A model generated the notes under the pieces. That model worked only from the letters and a program-made list of their open reading frames with translations, was not told the origin of the DNA and ran no database searches. DNA of 64,000 bases from an uncultured Planctomycetia bacterium (GTDB lineage Bacteria > Omnitrophota > Gorgyraeia > Pluralincolimonadales > Pluralincolimonadaceae): contig CAZYUB010000010.1 in assembly GCA_964650515.1 (NCBI GenBank), forward strand, positions 12,938-76,937. Reading direction: 5' to 3'. Numbering within the stretch: position 1 is the first letter of the stretch; each line of letters starts with the position of its first letter. This document shows positions 10,551 to 20,562 of this stretch, one piece after another. The position numbers and the translations under genes are program-made.

Positions 10551-12344
10551 TCAGAACCTCACTTTATGCTCAACACCGACAAACTCGTCGTCTTCCTTCA
10601 TCCTGACCTTCAGGTTCGCCGGCGCGCCGAGCTTATACTCGAGCTCCATCTCGTCGGTGCCGGGCCTGTACTGCTCGTTCTGCGCCTCATACGTCTTGAA
10701 ATTTACCCTGAACTGCTCGCTGAGGTTAGCGCCCGTGACGTATTCATCCCCGATCGGCGTCTTCGTAACGGTCGCGCCCTCCCAGACCACCGATTGGCCT
10801 GACCTTATCTCTATATTGTTAAATACGCGCGGCGTCCCGATATCCGCCGTATTTATGCTCCCTTCCAGCGCCAATGCCTCACCATCAGTATAAACTTTTG
10901 AATCGATAAATTCAAGTTTTGATCCTCTTCCCCTGATGTTGACCTTCGCCGAGTTATAGCCGATGACGCTTATGTTCCCGTTGAAGAACTCGAGCTGGGC
11001 GTCTATGTCCGCATTCCTGCCGAGTTCGCCGCGTATATGAAGGTCGCCGGTGACCGTCCCCGAAAGCATGCCCTTATCGGTCATGAGGTCCGTGAGCCCT
11101 CCGAGCTGCGCTCCTTTGAACTTCATGTGGACGTCGAGGTCGTTCCGGCCCGCCAGCGAGACCGAGGCGTTCATTATCATGACATCGCCGTAGTTTACGC
11201 CTGACAGCTTCAGGCGGCCGTCCCTGATCTCGAACGCACCCCTGACTTCCCTGACAGGGTCGTAATTTATTATCGACCCGGACGTGCAGAAATCCCCGCT
11301 TACCGACACGGGGCCGCCGTCCGGCCCGTAACTCACTTTTCCGTTTATCGTGTAATTAGACATCAGGTCAAGGCCGAACGCCTTCAGGTGGTTCGCGTTG
11401 ACCTCGAGTGAGAAATCCGGCAGTTTCGAGAAGTCGCCCGATATCCCCAGCCTGCTGACCTCCCCCATGGCGGTCGCGTTTCCCTTGTCGTCCTCGGGGA
11501 AAAGGTCGAAATTAAAACCTTTGCCGGCCGTCTGCAGCAGGCCGTTAAGCATCGTATTCTGCCCAAACCTGAAATTGTTGAAAACGACCGCCCCTTCGGA
11601 CGTCTCGATATTCCCTGCGAAATTCGTGTTCAGCTTGTCGAGCGCGTCAAAGGACCCGTGCACGAATACCCTGTCCATCATGCCTTCGAGCTGCACCCTC
11701 AGCGTGTAGCCGCGACCCCTGATAGTGCCTTCGAGCATGGCGGCCGAACGGTCCACCGGGAACTTTATCCTGCCGCGTCCCGAGAATTGCTGGCCGAAAA
11801 TATCGGCGTTTACGCTGTTCGACTCTATGCCGCTCTCGCTGATCTTGAAATTCCCCGTGACCGCGGATATTACCCGCATCTTCCGGGGATTATAGAACGT
11901 CCCGTCCCGGACCGATATCACGGCCCCTTCCCAGGACTGCTCAAAGATCTTTGGTATGAGGTATTTTATGTCCTTATCCGGGAAGAACACCCCGGGGGAG
12001 ACCACGGTGATCCTGTCGAGCGAATCATACCTGCCGAGCGCGGCGTCCCAGAGCCGGTAATCGAGTTCTATCGCCTCGGCACAGAAAAAGAGTTCCCTTT
12101 GCGACTGAGTTTCCGCGGAAGCCGGCAAAAATACTTTTACGTCTTTCAGCACTATGCCGCGGAAGACCCCGCCTTCGAGCCCGCCTATCTCCCCTTCGAG
12201 CCCGATCTTGTCCCTGATCATTTCGAGCGCGGACGTCCTGAAACCCGAAAAGAACACCCTGCCGTGCAGGTCCAGGAACAAAAGGGCCGCAAGGATCAGC
12301 AATCCCGCGATGACAACGGCCGTATTCGGCCTGTGCCTCCTCAA
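10551..12344 (-). CDS. membrane-anchored beta-rich protein, possibly AsmA/TamB-like
   Basis: Single N-terminal TM helix followed by ~560 aa of Gly/Asn-rich beta-strand-like repeats. No named motif recognised; the call rests on architecture and the Mla neighbourhood. Confidence 0.35.
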   Translation of the reverse strand: MRRHRPNTAVVIAGLLILAALLFLDLHGRVFFSGFRTSALEMIRDKIGLEGEIGGLEGGVFRGIVLKDVKVFLPASAETQSQRELFFCAEAIELDYRLWDAALGRYDSLDRITVVSPGVFFPDKDIKYLIPKIFEQSWEGAVISVRDGTFYNPRKMRVISAVTGNFKISESGIESNSVNADIFGQQFSGRGRIKFPVDRSAAMLEGTIRGRGYTLRVQLEGMMDRVFVHGSFDALDKLNTNFAGNIETSEGAVVFNNFRFGQNTMLNGLLQTAGKGFNFDLFPEDDKGNATAMGEVSRLGISGDFSKLPDFSLEVNANHLKAFGLDLMSNYTINGKVSYGPDGGPVSVSGDFCTSGSIINYDPVREVRGAFEIRDGRLKLSGVNYGDVMIMNASVSLAGRNDLDVHMKFKGAQLGGLTDLMTDKGMLSGTVTGDLHIRGELGRNADIDAQLEFFNGNISVIGYNSAKVNIRGRGSKLEFIDSKVYTDGEALALEGSINTADIGTPRVFNNIEIRSGQSVVWEGATVTKTPIGDEYVTGANLSEQFRVNFKTYEAQNEQYRPGTDEMELEYKLGAPANLKVRMKEDDEFVGVEHKVRF

Positions 12345-12362
12345 ATCCTCTCCGTTCCGGCT

Positions 12363-14789
12363 TTATTCGAAGACCAGATGGTCGACTTTCGCGCTGACTT
12401 TTACGGCCCCGCCCTTCTTTATCCTTCCCGAGATGATCTCCTCGGCAAGAGGATCTTCGAGGAAGCGCTGTATCGTCCTCTTGATGGGCCGGGCGCCGTA
12501 TACCGGGTCAAAACCCTTTTCTATCAGTAGATCTGTCGCTCCCTTGTCCAGGTCGATGCTTATTTCGTGCTGTTCCTTCAGGCGGTCCCTTACCTCGGCG
12601 ACCTCAAGGTCGACTATCTTGTAAAGGTCCTCCTTGGTCAGCGGCCTGAAGACGATGATGTCGTCGACCCTGTTTATGAACTCGGGCTTGAACGTCTTCT
12701 TCACTTCGTCGAGAAGCTTCGTCTTCATCGTCTGGTATGTCATCTCTTCCTTGTCGGACTTGAAACCGAGAGACCCCTGCTTCCTGAAGGTCTCCGCGCC
12801 TATGTTCGAGGTCATAATCAGGACCGTGTTCTTGAAATCCACCCTGCGGCCGAACGAATCCGTAAGACGGCCTTCCTCTAACACCTGCAGCAGCACGTTG
12901 AATACGTCGGGATGCGCCTTCTCTATCTCGTCGAGGAGCACTACCGAATACGGGCGGCGGCGGACCTTCTCGGTCAGCTGCCCGCCTTCTTCATACCCGA
13001 CGTATCCCGGCGGCGCGCCTACGAGGCGTGAGACGTTGAACTTTTCCATATATTCCGACATGTCGATCTGTATTATAGCGTCCTCGTCGCCGAAGATCAG
13101 CTCTGCGAGCGCTTTCGCGAGCAGCGTCTTGCCGACGCCCGTCGGGCCGAGGAATACGAACGAGCCCGTAGGCCTCTTCGGGTCCTTCAGGCCGGCGCGC
13201 GAGCGCCTGACCGCGTTCGCTATGGCCCCTATCGCCTCGTCCTGGCCGACGACACGGTGGTGCAGCTGCTCTTCCATCTTCAGCAGCTTCTCGCTCTCCT
13301 TCTCCTCGAGCTTGACTATGGGTATGCCAGTCCATTTCGCGACGATCTCGGCGATCTCCTCGTCGGTAACGCGCGGGTACGCCTCCGCCTTCTGCTTCGT
13401 CCATTCCTTCCGGACCTTTTCGAGCTGGCCTTTCAGTTCCCTCTCCTGGTCGCGCAGGCCGGCGGCCTTCTCGAAATCCTGCCCTTTGACCGCGGCCTCC
13501 TTCTCTTTCCTGACGTGGTCCATCTGCTTCTCGACTTCTTTTATGTCGGGAGGCGTGGTCATCACGTTGAGGCGCGCGCGCGAACCTGCCTCGTCTATAA
13601 GGTCTATCGCCTTGTCCGGCAGGTACCTTCCCGAAATGTACTGGTCGGAAAGTTTCGCGGCCGCGATAAGCGATTCGTCGGTGAACTTGACCTTATGGTG
13701 CGCCTCGTACTTGTCGCGAAGGCCCTTCAATATCTCTATCGTCTCGTCGACGCTCGGCGGCTCGACCATTATCGTCTGGAACCTGCGTTCGAGCGCGGCG
13801 TCTTTCTCAATATGCTTCCTGTATTCGTCGAGCGTAGTGGCACCTATGCACTGTATTTCGCCGCGGGAGAGCGCGGGCTTGAGTATATTGGATGCGTCGA
13901 TGGCACCCTCAGCGCCTCCGGCCCCGACGAGAGTGTGGAGCTCGTCGATAAATATTATTATGTTCTCGGAACGCTTTATCTCGTCCATGACCGCCTTGAT
14001 GCGCTCCTCGAACTGGCCCCTGTATTTCGTGCCGGCGACCATAAGTGCCAAGTCGAGTATCACGACCCTCTTGTCGCGCAGTATCTCCGGGATGTCTCCT
14101 TTGATCACTTTTTGCGCGAGCCCTTCGACAATGGCGGTCTTGCCTACACCCGCCTCGCCGAGCAGCACGGGATTATTCTTCGTCCTGCGGGAGAGTATCT
14201 GTATCACGCGCTCTATTTCGTCCTTGCGCCCGATGACAGGGTCAAGCTTCCCTTCGCGCGCGAGCGAGGTGAGGTCGCGGCCGAACGCGTCCAGCGACGG
14301 CGTCTTCGTCTTCGCCTGCGCCTGCTGCTGCGTAAAGCCCGGGGTCGCGGAACCGAGAAGCGACATGACCTCCTGGCGGACCTTGTTCAGGTCGAGGCCG
14401 AGGTTCGTGAGCACCTGGCTCGCGACACCTTCTCCTTCGCGTATGAGGCCGAGAAGCAGGTGTTCGGTGCCTATATAATTATGGCCGAGGTTGCGCGCCT
14501 CGTCGGTAGCGAGCTCGATGACCTTCTTCGCCTTCGGCGTGAAAGGTATATCCCCCGATACGACGGTCGGCGGGCCGGGCTGGACTATCTTCTCGACCTC
14601 GAGGCGTATCGCCTCCAAACTAAGGCCGAGGTTCTGCAGGACCGCTGCCGCGACTCCCTCGCCCTCTTTTATGAGGCCGAGCAATACATGCTCGGTGCCT
14701 ATATAATCGTGGTTGAACCTCTTGGCTTCTTCCTTCGCGAGTATTATTACCTTCCTCGCCCTTTCGGTGAACCTCGAGAACATGTTCAT
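12363..14789 (-). CDS. clpC: ATP-dependent Clp protease ATP-binding subunit ClpC
   Basis: Two Clp_N repeats, two AAA+ modules (GEAGVGKT and GPTGVGKT), and a UVR-like linker. 808 aa. Confidence 0.9.
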   Translation of the reverse strand: MNMFSRFTERARKVIILAKEEAKRFNHDYIGTEHVLLGLIKEGEGVAAAVLQNLGLSLEAIRLEVEKIVQPGPPTVVSGDIPFTPKAKKVIELATDEARNLGHNYIGTEHLLLGLIREGEGVASQVLTNLGLDLNKVRQEVMSLLGSATPGFTQQQAQAKTKTPSLDAFGRDLTSLAREGKLDPVIGRKDEIERVIQILSRRTKNNPVLLGEAGVGKTAIVEGLAQKVIKGDIPEILRDKRVVILDLALMVAGTKYRGQFEERIKAVMDEIKRSENIIIFIDELHTLVGAGGAEGAIDASNILKPALSRGEIQCIGATTLDEYRKHIEKDAALERRFQTIMVEPPSVDETIEILKGLRDKYEAHHKVKFTDESLIAAAKLSDQYISGRYLPDKAIDLIDEAGSRARLNVMTTPPDIKEVEKQMDHVRKEKEAAVKGQDFEKAAGLRDQERELKGQLEKVRKEWTKQKAEAYPRVTDEEIAEIVAKWTGIPIVKLEEKESEKLLKMEEQLHHRVVGQDEAIGAIANAVRRSRAGLKDPKRPTGSFVFLGPTGVGKTLLAKALAELIFGDEDAIIQIDMSEYMEKFNVSRLVGAPPGYVGYEEGGQLTEKVRRRPYSVVLLDEIEKAHPDVFNVLLQVLEEGRLTDSFGRRVDFKNTVLIMTSNIGAETFRKQGSLGFKSDKEEMTYQTMKTKLLDEVKKTFKPEFINRVDDIIVFRPLTKEDLYKIVDLEVAEVRDRLKEQHEISIDLDKGATDLLIEKGFDPVYGARPIKRTIQRFLEDPLAEEIISGRIKKGGAVKVSAKVDHLVFE

Positions 14790-14804
14790 CGGGCCCCTGC
14801 CTCC

Positions 14805-15866
14805 TTAAGATTTATCGCGTAAATTGAATTTCTCGGAAATAAATTCCGCCCTGACGGCGTCCCTCTCCTCCGCTGACAACTGCTTTCCTTCTTTTTTCTG
14901 AAGGTGCGCGGGCTGTATCTGTATGAAAAGCCCGTTGAGCATGTCGCGGCCGGCGCCTTTTATGATGCCGAGGTCGGCGCCGAGCCTTATCGTAGAGAGG
15001 AAATTCAGCGCTTCCTCGGTGCTGATGAGCTTCGCGCTCTTGAGCTCCTCGAGCGAGCGCGTTATCCTGTCCTCGAGCAGCAGCCGCTGGTTCGCGTATA
15101 TTGCGGCGCGCGCCGCGTTCTCCTGCTCGATTATCTGTTTTATTATCCTGCCGAGGTTATCGACCATCTCTTCCTCGGAGTTCCCAAGCGTCACCTGGTT
15201 CGATACCTGGAAAAAATTCCCGTATGACTCGGTCCCCTCGCCGAAGAGCCCGCGCGTGGTCATGCCGAGCTTGCCTATCGCCTGGATTATCCTCCCTGCC
15301 TGCTTCGTCATCACGAGCGCGGGAAGGTGCACCATGCACGACGCGCGCAGCCCCGTACCTATGTTCGTCGGGCAGCAGGTCAGGTAACCGACCTCGGGGG
15401 AATACGCGAAATCAAGGAACTGTTCGAGCTCCCCGTCCATCCTGTCGGCGAGCTTCCATGTGTCCTGAAGGTTGAATCCCGACTGCAGGACCTGCACGCG
15501 CAGGTGGTCTTCCTCGTTTACCATGATGCTTATGACTTCGCGGTCGCTTATTAGGACCGCCTTATGCTCCGGCCGTAGCGCGTGCTCCCTGCTGACCAGG
15601 TGCCTCTCTATGAGCATCTGCTTTTCAAGGCTGTCGAGCTCGCCCATCCTGAGGAACAGCGCGTCCTTAAAAAAATCTATGCGCCCGTAAGCGGACTTGA
15701 AATCGGATATGACCGCTTCGAGCTGTTCCGCGTCCGCCCAGTGCGGGAACGGGTATTTTTTCAGGTTTCGCGCGAGGCGTATGCGCGAGGACATTACGAT
15801 ATCCGAGCTCGGCCCGGAGCCCTTGAGCCACTCCCCCGCGCCCGTCCAGAGTTCGCCTAAGGTCAT
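14805..15866 (-). CDS. mcsB: protein arginine kinase McsB
   Basis: ATP:guanido phosphotransferase fold (CPTNIGTGLRASCMVHLP). It lies between mcsA and clpC, as in Firmicutes. Confidence 0.85.
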   Translation of the reverse strand: MTLGELWTGAGEWLKGSGPSSDIVMSSRIRLARNLKKYPFPHWADAEQLEAVISDFKSAYGRIDFFKDALFLRMGELDSLEKQMLIERHLVSREHALRPEHKAVLISDREVISIMVNEEDHLRVQVLQSGFNLQDTWKLADRMDGELEQFLDFAYSPEVGYLTCCPTNIGTGLRASCMVHLPALVMTKQAGRIIQAIGKLGMTTRGLFGEGTESYGNFFQVSNQVTLGNSEEEMVDNLGRIIKQIIEQENAARAAIYANQRLLLEDRITRSLEELKSAKLISTEEALNFLSTIRLGADLGIIKGAGRDMLNGLFIQIQPAHLQKKEGKQLSAEERDAVRAEFISEKFNLRDKS

Positions 15867-16348
15867 TTCTTCTCACCGGGCTTATTCTCCAGGTCACGTA
15901 TCAGGTCGCGCAGCTTCGCCGCTTCCTCGAACTCTTCCCTGTCCACGGCAAGCTGCAGGCGCTGTTTCAGTGCCGATATTTCGGGCCTGTTATCCTGCCC
16001 GTCCGAACCCTTGGCTTTGGCGGATTTGCCCGTGTGCTTCGTCGAGCCGTGTATGCGTTTCAGCAGCGGGCGGAGGTTCTCCCTGAAAGCGAGATAGCAA
16101 TCGGCGCACCCGAACCTGCCTATCTTCTGGAATTCGTCGAACGTCATTCCGCACTTATCGCATTTCATCACGCCTGTCCCGGGCTCGCTCAATCCGGCCA
16201 GGAAATCGGCTATGCTGAAATGCTGCTCCATCTCGATGCCCTTCTTTTTCGCGCAGGCATCGCAGAGCTGGAGCTGCTTGACCTCATCGTTCACGATCTC
16301 GGTGAACTCGACTGTCGCTTCGTTCTTACCGCAGGCCTGGCAAAGCAT
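15863..16348 (-). CDS. mcsA: McsA-like activator of McsB (zinc-finger plus UVR domain)
   Basis: Four CxxC pairs and a C-terminal UVR motif (EFEEAAKLRDLIRDLE). 4-nt overlap with mcsB. Confidence 0.7.
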   Translation of the reverse strand: MLCQACGKNEATVEFTEIVNDEVKQLQLCDACAKKKGIEMEQHFSIADFLAGLSEPGTGVMKCDKCGMTFDEFQKIGRFGCADCYLAFRENLRPLLKRIHGSTKHTGKSAKAKGSDGQDNRPEISALKQRLQLAVDREEFEEAAKLRDLIRDLENKPGEKK

Positions 16349-17226
16349 CAGAACCTCACGCCGTCGACCTTCGTAAGTTTATGGAATTCGCTTATCAGCT
16401 TCAACGTCATCTTGCCGACCTTGCCGTCGCCGATCTTGCGCCTGTCCATCCTGACGACCGGGATTATCTCGGCAGCGGTCCCTGTAAGGAACATCTCGTC
16501 CGCGTTGAAGAGGTCGTACCTTGTAAGGACCTCCTCATGGATCGGGATCTCCTTCAGGTGCGCGATATCGATGACCGCGCCCCGCGTGATCCCGCGCAGC
16601 ACGCCGCTGTGTATGGGCGGCGTGAAAAGCGAACCGTTCTTGACGATGAAGATATTGTCACCGGTGCATTCCGCGACATAACCCTCGGAATTCAGCATGA
16701 CGGCTTCTTCGACTCCCGCGTTTATCGCCTCGACCTTGGCGAGTATATTATTAAGGTAGTTCAGCGATTTTATCTGCGGATTGACCGATTCATGTATGTT
16801 CCTCTGCGTCGAGATCGTCACGATCTCGAGGCCCTTATCGTAAAATTCCTGCGGATAGAGCTTGATCTTGTCGGTGATGATGATGACCGTAGGTTTCAGG
16901 CACTTCCTCGGGTCGAGCCCGAGGTCGCCTAGGCCGCGCGTGACGATCAGGCGTATATACGAGTCCTTCATCTCGTTCTCTTTAAGCGTCTTCTTGACCG
17001 CCTCGACCATCTCTTCCTTGGACATCGGGATATCGAGCATTATCGCGTGGGCGGACTGGTAGAGCCTGTCGATATGCTCCTTGCATTTGAATATGAGCCC
17101 GTCGTATGTGCGGATGCCTTCGAAGACGCCGTCGCCGTACAGCAGGCCGTGGTCGAAGACCGAGACCTTCGCGTCCTCTTTATGGTAGAATTTCCCGTCG
17201 ATGTAGATCTTCAGCGCCATGATCAT
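16348..17226 (-). CDS. ilvE: class IV aminotransferase (branched-chain amino acid aminotransferase)
   Basis: Fold type IV PLP enzyme with LYGDGVFEGIRTY and a MFLTGTAAE-type motif. 292 aa. Confidence 0.7.
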   Translation of the reverse strand: MIMALKIYIDGKFYHKEDAKVSVFDHGLLYGDGVFEGIRTYDGLIFKCKEHIDRLYQSAHAIMLDIPMSKEEMVEAVKKTLKENEMKDSYIRLIVTRGLGDLGLDPRKCLKPTVIIITDKIKLYPQEFYDKGLEIVTISTQRNIHESVNPQIKSLNYLNNILAKVEAINAGVEEAVMLNSEGYVAECTGDNIFIVKNGSLFTPPIHSGVLRGITRGAVIDIAHLKEIPIHEEVLTRYDLFNADEMFLTGTAAEIIPVVRMDRRKIGDGKVGKMTLKLISEFHKLTKVDGVRF

Positions 17227-17240
17227 TGTCTCCTTGATTA

Positions 17241-17912
17241 TTATACTATTACTCCGTCCTTTATGTGCACGACCCTGCGCGCCTTTTCGGCTATGCCGGC
17301 GTCGTGGGTCACTATTATCAGCGTCATTTTACGCCTTTTATTCAATTCCCACAACAACTCAATTATGTTCCTGCCCGTATCGGAATCGAGGTTGCCGGTC
17401 GGTTCGTCGCAGAGCAGGAGTTCCGGCTCGTTGGCCAGCGCGCGCGCTATCGCGACCCTCTGCTGTTCGCCCCCGGAGAGCTGCCCGGGCTTGTGGCGCA
17501 TGCGGTCGGCGAGCCCGACTGCGGCGATAAGCTCCTCGGCCGCGCCGCGCGCTTTACCGCGGGCTTTCCCCGCTATGAGCGCCGGCAGCATCACGTTCTC
17601 TACCGCGTCGAATTCCGGCAGCAGGTGGTAGAACTGGAATACGAAACCTATTTTTTCGTTCCTGATCTTCGCGCGCTCGCTGTCGGAAAGCGAAAATATC
17701 TCCCTGCCGCCGAACCTGACCTCCCCGGCCGTCGGCATATCGAGCCCGCCAAGAAGGTGCAGCAGCGTGCTCTTGCCGGCGCCCGAAGGCCCGAGCAACG
17801 CGAGGACCTCGCCTTTTCCGGCCTTAAGGTCGACGCCTTTCAGGACCTCGAGCTGCCTCGTCCCGTTGCGGTATACCTTGCGAAGGCCTTTTGCTTCTAT
17901 CATATCATTCAT
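17241..17912 (-). CDS. lolD: lipoprotein-releasing ABC transporter ATP-binding protein
   Basis: GPSGAGKSTLL Walker A and LSGGEQQRVAIARAL signature. It overlaps the lolC/E gene. Confidence 0.75.
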   Translation of the reverse strand: MNDMIEAKGLRKVYRNGTRQLEVLKGVDLKAGKGEVLALLGPSGAGKSTLLHLLGGLDMPTAGEVRFGGREIFSLSDSERAKIRNEKIGFVFQFYHLLPEFDAVENVMLPALIAGKARGKARGAAEELIAAVGLADRMRHKPGQLSGGEQQRVAIARALANEPELLLCDEPTGNLDSDTGRNIIELLWELNKRRKMTLIIVTHDAGIAEKARRVVHIKDGVIV

Positions 17913-19092
17913 ACCTCAAAGCGTCCACGGTATTGAGCCTCGAGGCCTGCCACGCCGGGTAGACACAGGCCAGCAGGCTTACCGCCAATGCCGCGATGAC
18001 TATCGCGGCCACATCTGCTGCCTGTATATCCACCGGGAACCTGTCTATATAATACGTGTCCTTCGGTAATTTTATGAACTGGTATTTCTCTAGCAGGTAG
18101 CCGAGGCCGAGGCCTCCGGCCACGCCGAGCGCGGTGCCTATGAGCCCTATAATGAAACCCTGAAGCGTGAATATTGCCATAACCGAAGCGTTCGTCGAAC
18201 CGATCGATTTCAGTATGCCGATATCCCTTGTCTTCTCCATGACCACCATTATCAGCGTGCTCGCTATGTTCAGGCATGCTACCGCAACTATCAGCGCGAG
18301 TATCCAGAACATCGTGACCTTCTCGAGCTTCAGCGCCGCGAACAAACTTTTGTTCAGGTCAATCCAGCTCTTGACGTAATAGGGGTACCTCAACTGCTTC
18401 TGTAATTCCGCCCGCAGGGATTGCGCCCTGAATGCGTCGCCTATGCGTATCCCGACGCCGCCTATTTTTTCGCCCGCGCCGAACAATTCCTGCGCGTCCT
18501 TAAGGCCGACGAACAGGAGCCCCGAATCATATTCATAATATCCGGAGTTGAAGATCCCCGCGACCCTGAAATCTTTATCGGTCCCCTCAACCGGAGAAAC
18601 GACCGATACGTTGTCGCCAACCTTCAGGCCGAACCTCGAGGCGAATTCGGAGCCGATGAGCATCCCGCCGTTGGAGGCGCCGAGGATCGAGCCGGACCTC
18701 ATGTAATCCCTGACCTTCGAGACCTTCGATTCCTCTTCGGGCACGATACCCCTGACTACGACCCCCTGCATGCTGCCGCCGGCTTTCGCGAACGCCTGCC
18801 CGTCCAGGAAAGGCGCCGCGGAAATTATCTCCGGGCTCGCGGCCTTTATCTTCGCGATGACGGCCGCCGTGTCATCGATGCCGCCTTCCTGCTCGACGAC
18901 GAGGTGAGAGTTCGCTCCGATGACCTTTTCGCGCAGCTCATTATCGAACCCGGACATGACCCCGATGACGACTATAAGCGCGCAGACCCCGACCCCGACC
19001 CCGAGCACGGATATGAGGCTTATGATGGATATGAATTTCTCTTTTCGCTTCGCGGTTATATACCTCGAGGCGATCAACAGTTCATAACGCAT
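17905..19092 (-). CDS. lolE: lipoprotein-releasing system permease LolC/E (FtsX-like)
   Basis: MacB/FtsX-type topology with a large periplasmic loop and four TM segments, 395 aa, paired with lolD. Confidence 0.75.
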   Translation of the reverse strand: MRYELLIASRYITAKRKEKFISIISLISVLGVGVGVCALIVVIGVMSGFDNELREKVIGANSHLVVEQEGGIDDTAAVIAKIKAASPEIISAAPFLDGQAFAKAGGSMQGVVVRGIVPEEESKVSKVRDYMRSGSILGASNGGMLIGSEFASRFGLKVGDNVSVVSPVEGTDKDFRVAGIFNSGYYEYDSGLLFVGLKDAQELFGAGEKIGGVGIRIGDAFRAQSLRAELQKQLRYPYYVKSWIDLNKSLFAALKLEKVTMFWILALIVAVACLNIASTLIMVVMEKTRDIGILKSIGSTNASVMAIFTLQGFIIGLIGTALGVAGGLGLGYLLEKYQFIKLPKDTYYIDRFPVDIQAADVAAIVIAALAVSLLACVYPAWQASRLNTVDALRYE

Positions 19093-19110
19093 ATTTCGAA
19101 GATATCTTGG

Positions 19111-20562
19111 TTACTGTTGTTCCGGTTTAAGCTGCGGGAAGAATATTACGTCCTTGATCGAATCGCAGCCCGCCAACAGCATCGCGAGCCTGTCTATTCC
19201 GATGCCGAGCCCGCCCGCCGGAGGCATGCCGTATTCGAGCGCGCGCACGAAATCATCGTCTATCGCCTTAGAGCCCGCGGCCGTCGCCTGCTCCTCGAAC
19301 CTTGCCTTCTGCTCTATCGGGTCGTTCAGCTCCGAATAGGCATTGGCGAGCTCCTGCCCGTTGATGAAAAGCTCGAACCTCTCGGTCAGTTCCGGCTCGC
19401 CCGGCTTCTTCTTCGACAAAGGGCAGAGCGCCGCCGGGTAATCTATTATGAAAGTCGGCTTCATGAGCTTCGGCTCGACCGTCTTTTCGAATATCTTGTT
19501 CGCGAACTCCTCGTCGATCTTCGCCTCCCTGATGTCGAGGCCCATATCCTTCGCGACCTTCTTGAGGTCTTTCTCCTTCTTGTAGTCGATGCCCGAATAT
19601 TTCAGTATCGCCTCGCGGAACGGTATCCTGTCCCACGGAGGCGTGAGGTCGACCGCCTCGCCCGCGTCAGCGCGCTTGACGATATAACCGCCGAAGAGAT
19701 GCTTCGCCGCGTCGGTTATCAATTCCTCGGTCAGGTTTATCATGTCCTCGCAATTGCCGTACGCCTGGTAGACCTCTATCATCGTGAACTCGGGATTATG
19801 CCGCGGTGATATCCCTTCGTTCCTGAAATTCCTGTTTATCTCGTAGACCCTCTCGAACCCGCCGACAAGCAGACGTTTCAGGTAGAGCTCTGGCGCTATC
19901 CTCATGAAGAGGTCGATGCCGAGCGCTTCGTGGTGCGTCTTGAACGGTTTCGCCGTGGCACCCCCGGGCATCGCCTGCATCATCGGCGTCTCGACTTCCA
20001 TGAACCCCTTCGCGTCGAGGAAAGACCTTATGCGCGCGATCATCTTTATGCGCAGCTCGAAGACCTTCTTGACATCGTCGTTTACTATGAGGTCGACATA
20101 CCTCTGGCGGTACCTTATCTCGATATCCTTGAGGCCGTGCCATTTTTCGGGAAGCGGCTTTATCGATTTCGAGAGCATCGTGAAATCTTCCGCGTGGACG
20201 GTCGGCTCGCCGGTCCTCGTCTTGAAGGCCTTGCCGTGTATCCCGACTACATCGCCTATATCGATATTCGCGAAAGCTATCCCAGCTTTCTCCGGGAGTT
20301 CGGCGGCCTTGATGTAATTCTGTATCTTTCCCGTGGAATCCTTGACGTCAATGAAGCATGACTTGCCGTGGGAACGGACGGCCATGACCCTGCCGGCGAT
20401 GGCGACCTTCAGCTCTTTTGCCGCGGCGTCATCGAAATTCTGCAATAACTCGTTGATATTTATGGACTTGGTGAATCTCCCACCGTAGGGATCGATGCCG
20501 GCAGCCCGTAAATTATCGAGTTTTATTAATCTTTGCTTGATAAGATCGTTTATTTCTTCCAA
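19111..20562 (-). CDS. lysS: lysine--tRNA ligase (class II)
   Basis: N-terminal OB anticodon-binding domain plus class II core motifs (ELxNAYSELNDP, GGLGIGIDRL). Confidence 0.95.
   Translation of the reverse strand: MEEINDLIKQRLIKLDNLRAAGIDPYGGRFTKSININELLQNFDDAAAKELKVAIAGRVMAVRSHGKSCFIDVKDSTGKIQNYIKAAELPEKAGIAFANIDIGDVVGIHGKAFKTRTGEPTVHAEDFTMLSKSIKPLPEKWHGLKDIEIRYRQRYVDLIVNDDVKKVFELRIKMIARIRSFLDAKGFMEVETPMMQAMPGGATAKPFKTHHEALGIDLFMRIAPELYLKRLLVGGFERVYEINRNFRNEGISPRHNPEFTMIEVYQAYGNCEDMINLTEELITDAAKHLFGGYIVKRADAGEAVDLTPPWDRIPFREAILKYSGIDYKKEKDLKKVAKDMGLDIREAKIDEEFANKIFEKTVEPKLMKPTFIIDYPAALCPLSKKKPGEPELTERFELFINGQELANAYSELNDPIEQKARFEEQATAAGSKAIDDDFVRALEYGMPPAGGLGIGIDRLAMLLAGCDSIKDVIFFPQLKPEQQ

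Noticed and set aside
12634-14822. Long plus-strand ORFs (614 aa at 12634..14478 and 521 aa at 13257..14822) opposite clpC
   Set aside because: They are antisense to a very well supported ClpC gene. They are low-complexity, Ser/Pro/Arg-rich, and lack RBS and motifs. These are typical GC-rich shadow ORFs.
18421-19809. 462-aa plus-strand ORF spanning lolE and lysS
   Set aside because: Antisense to two conserved genes and crosses their intergenic region. Arg-rich. No support.
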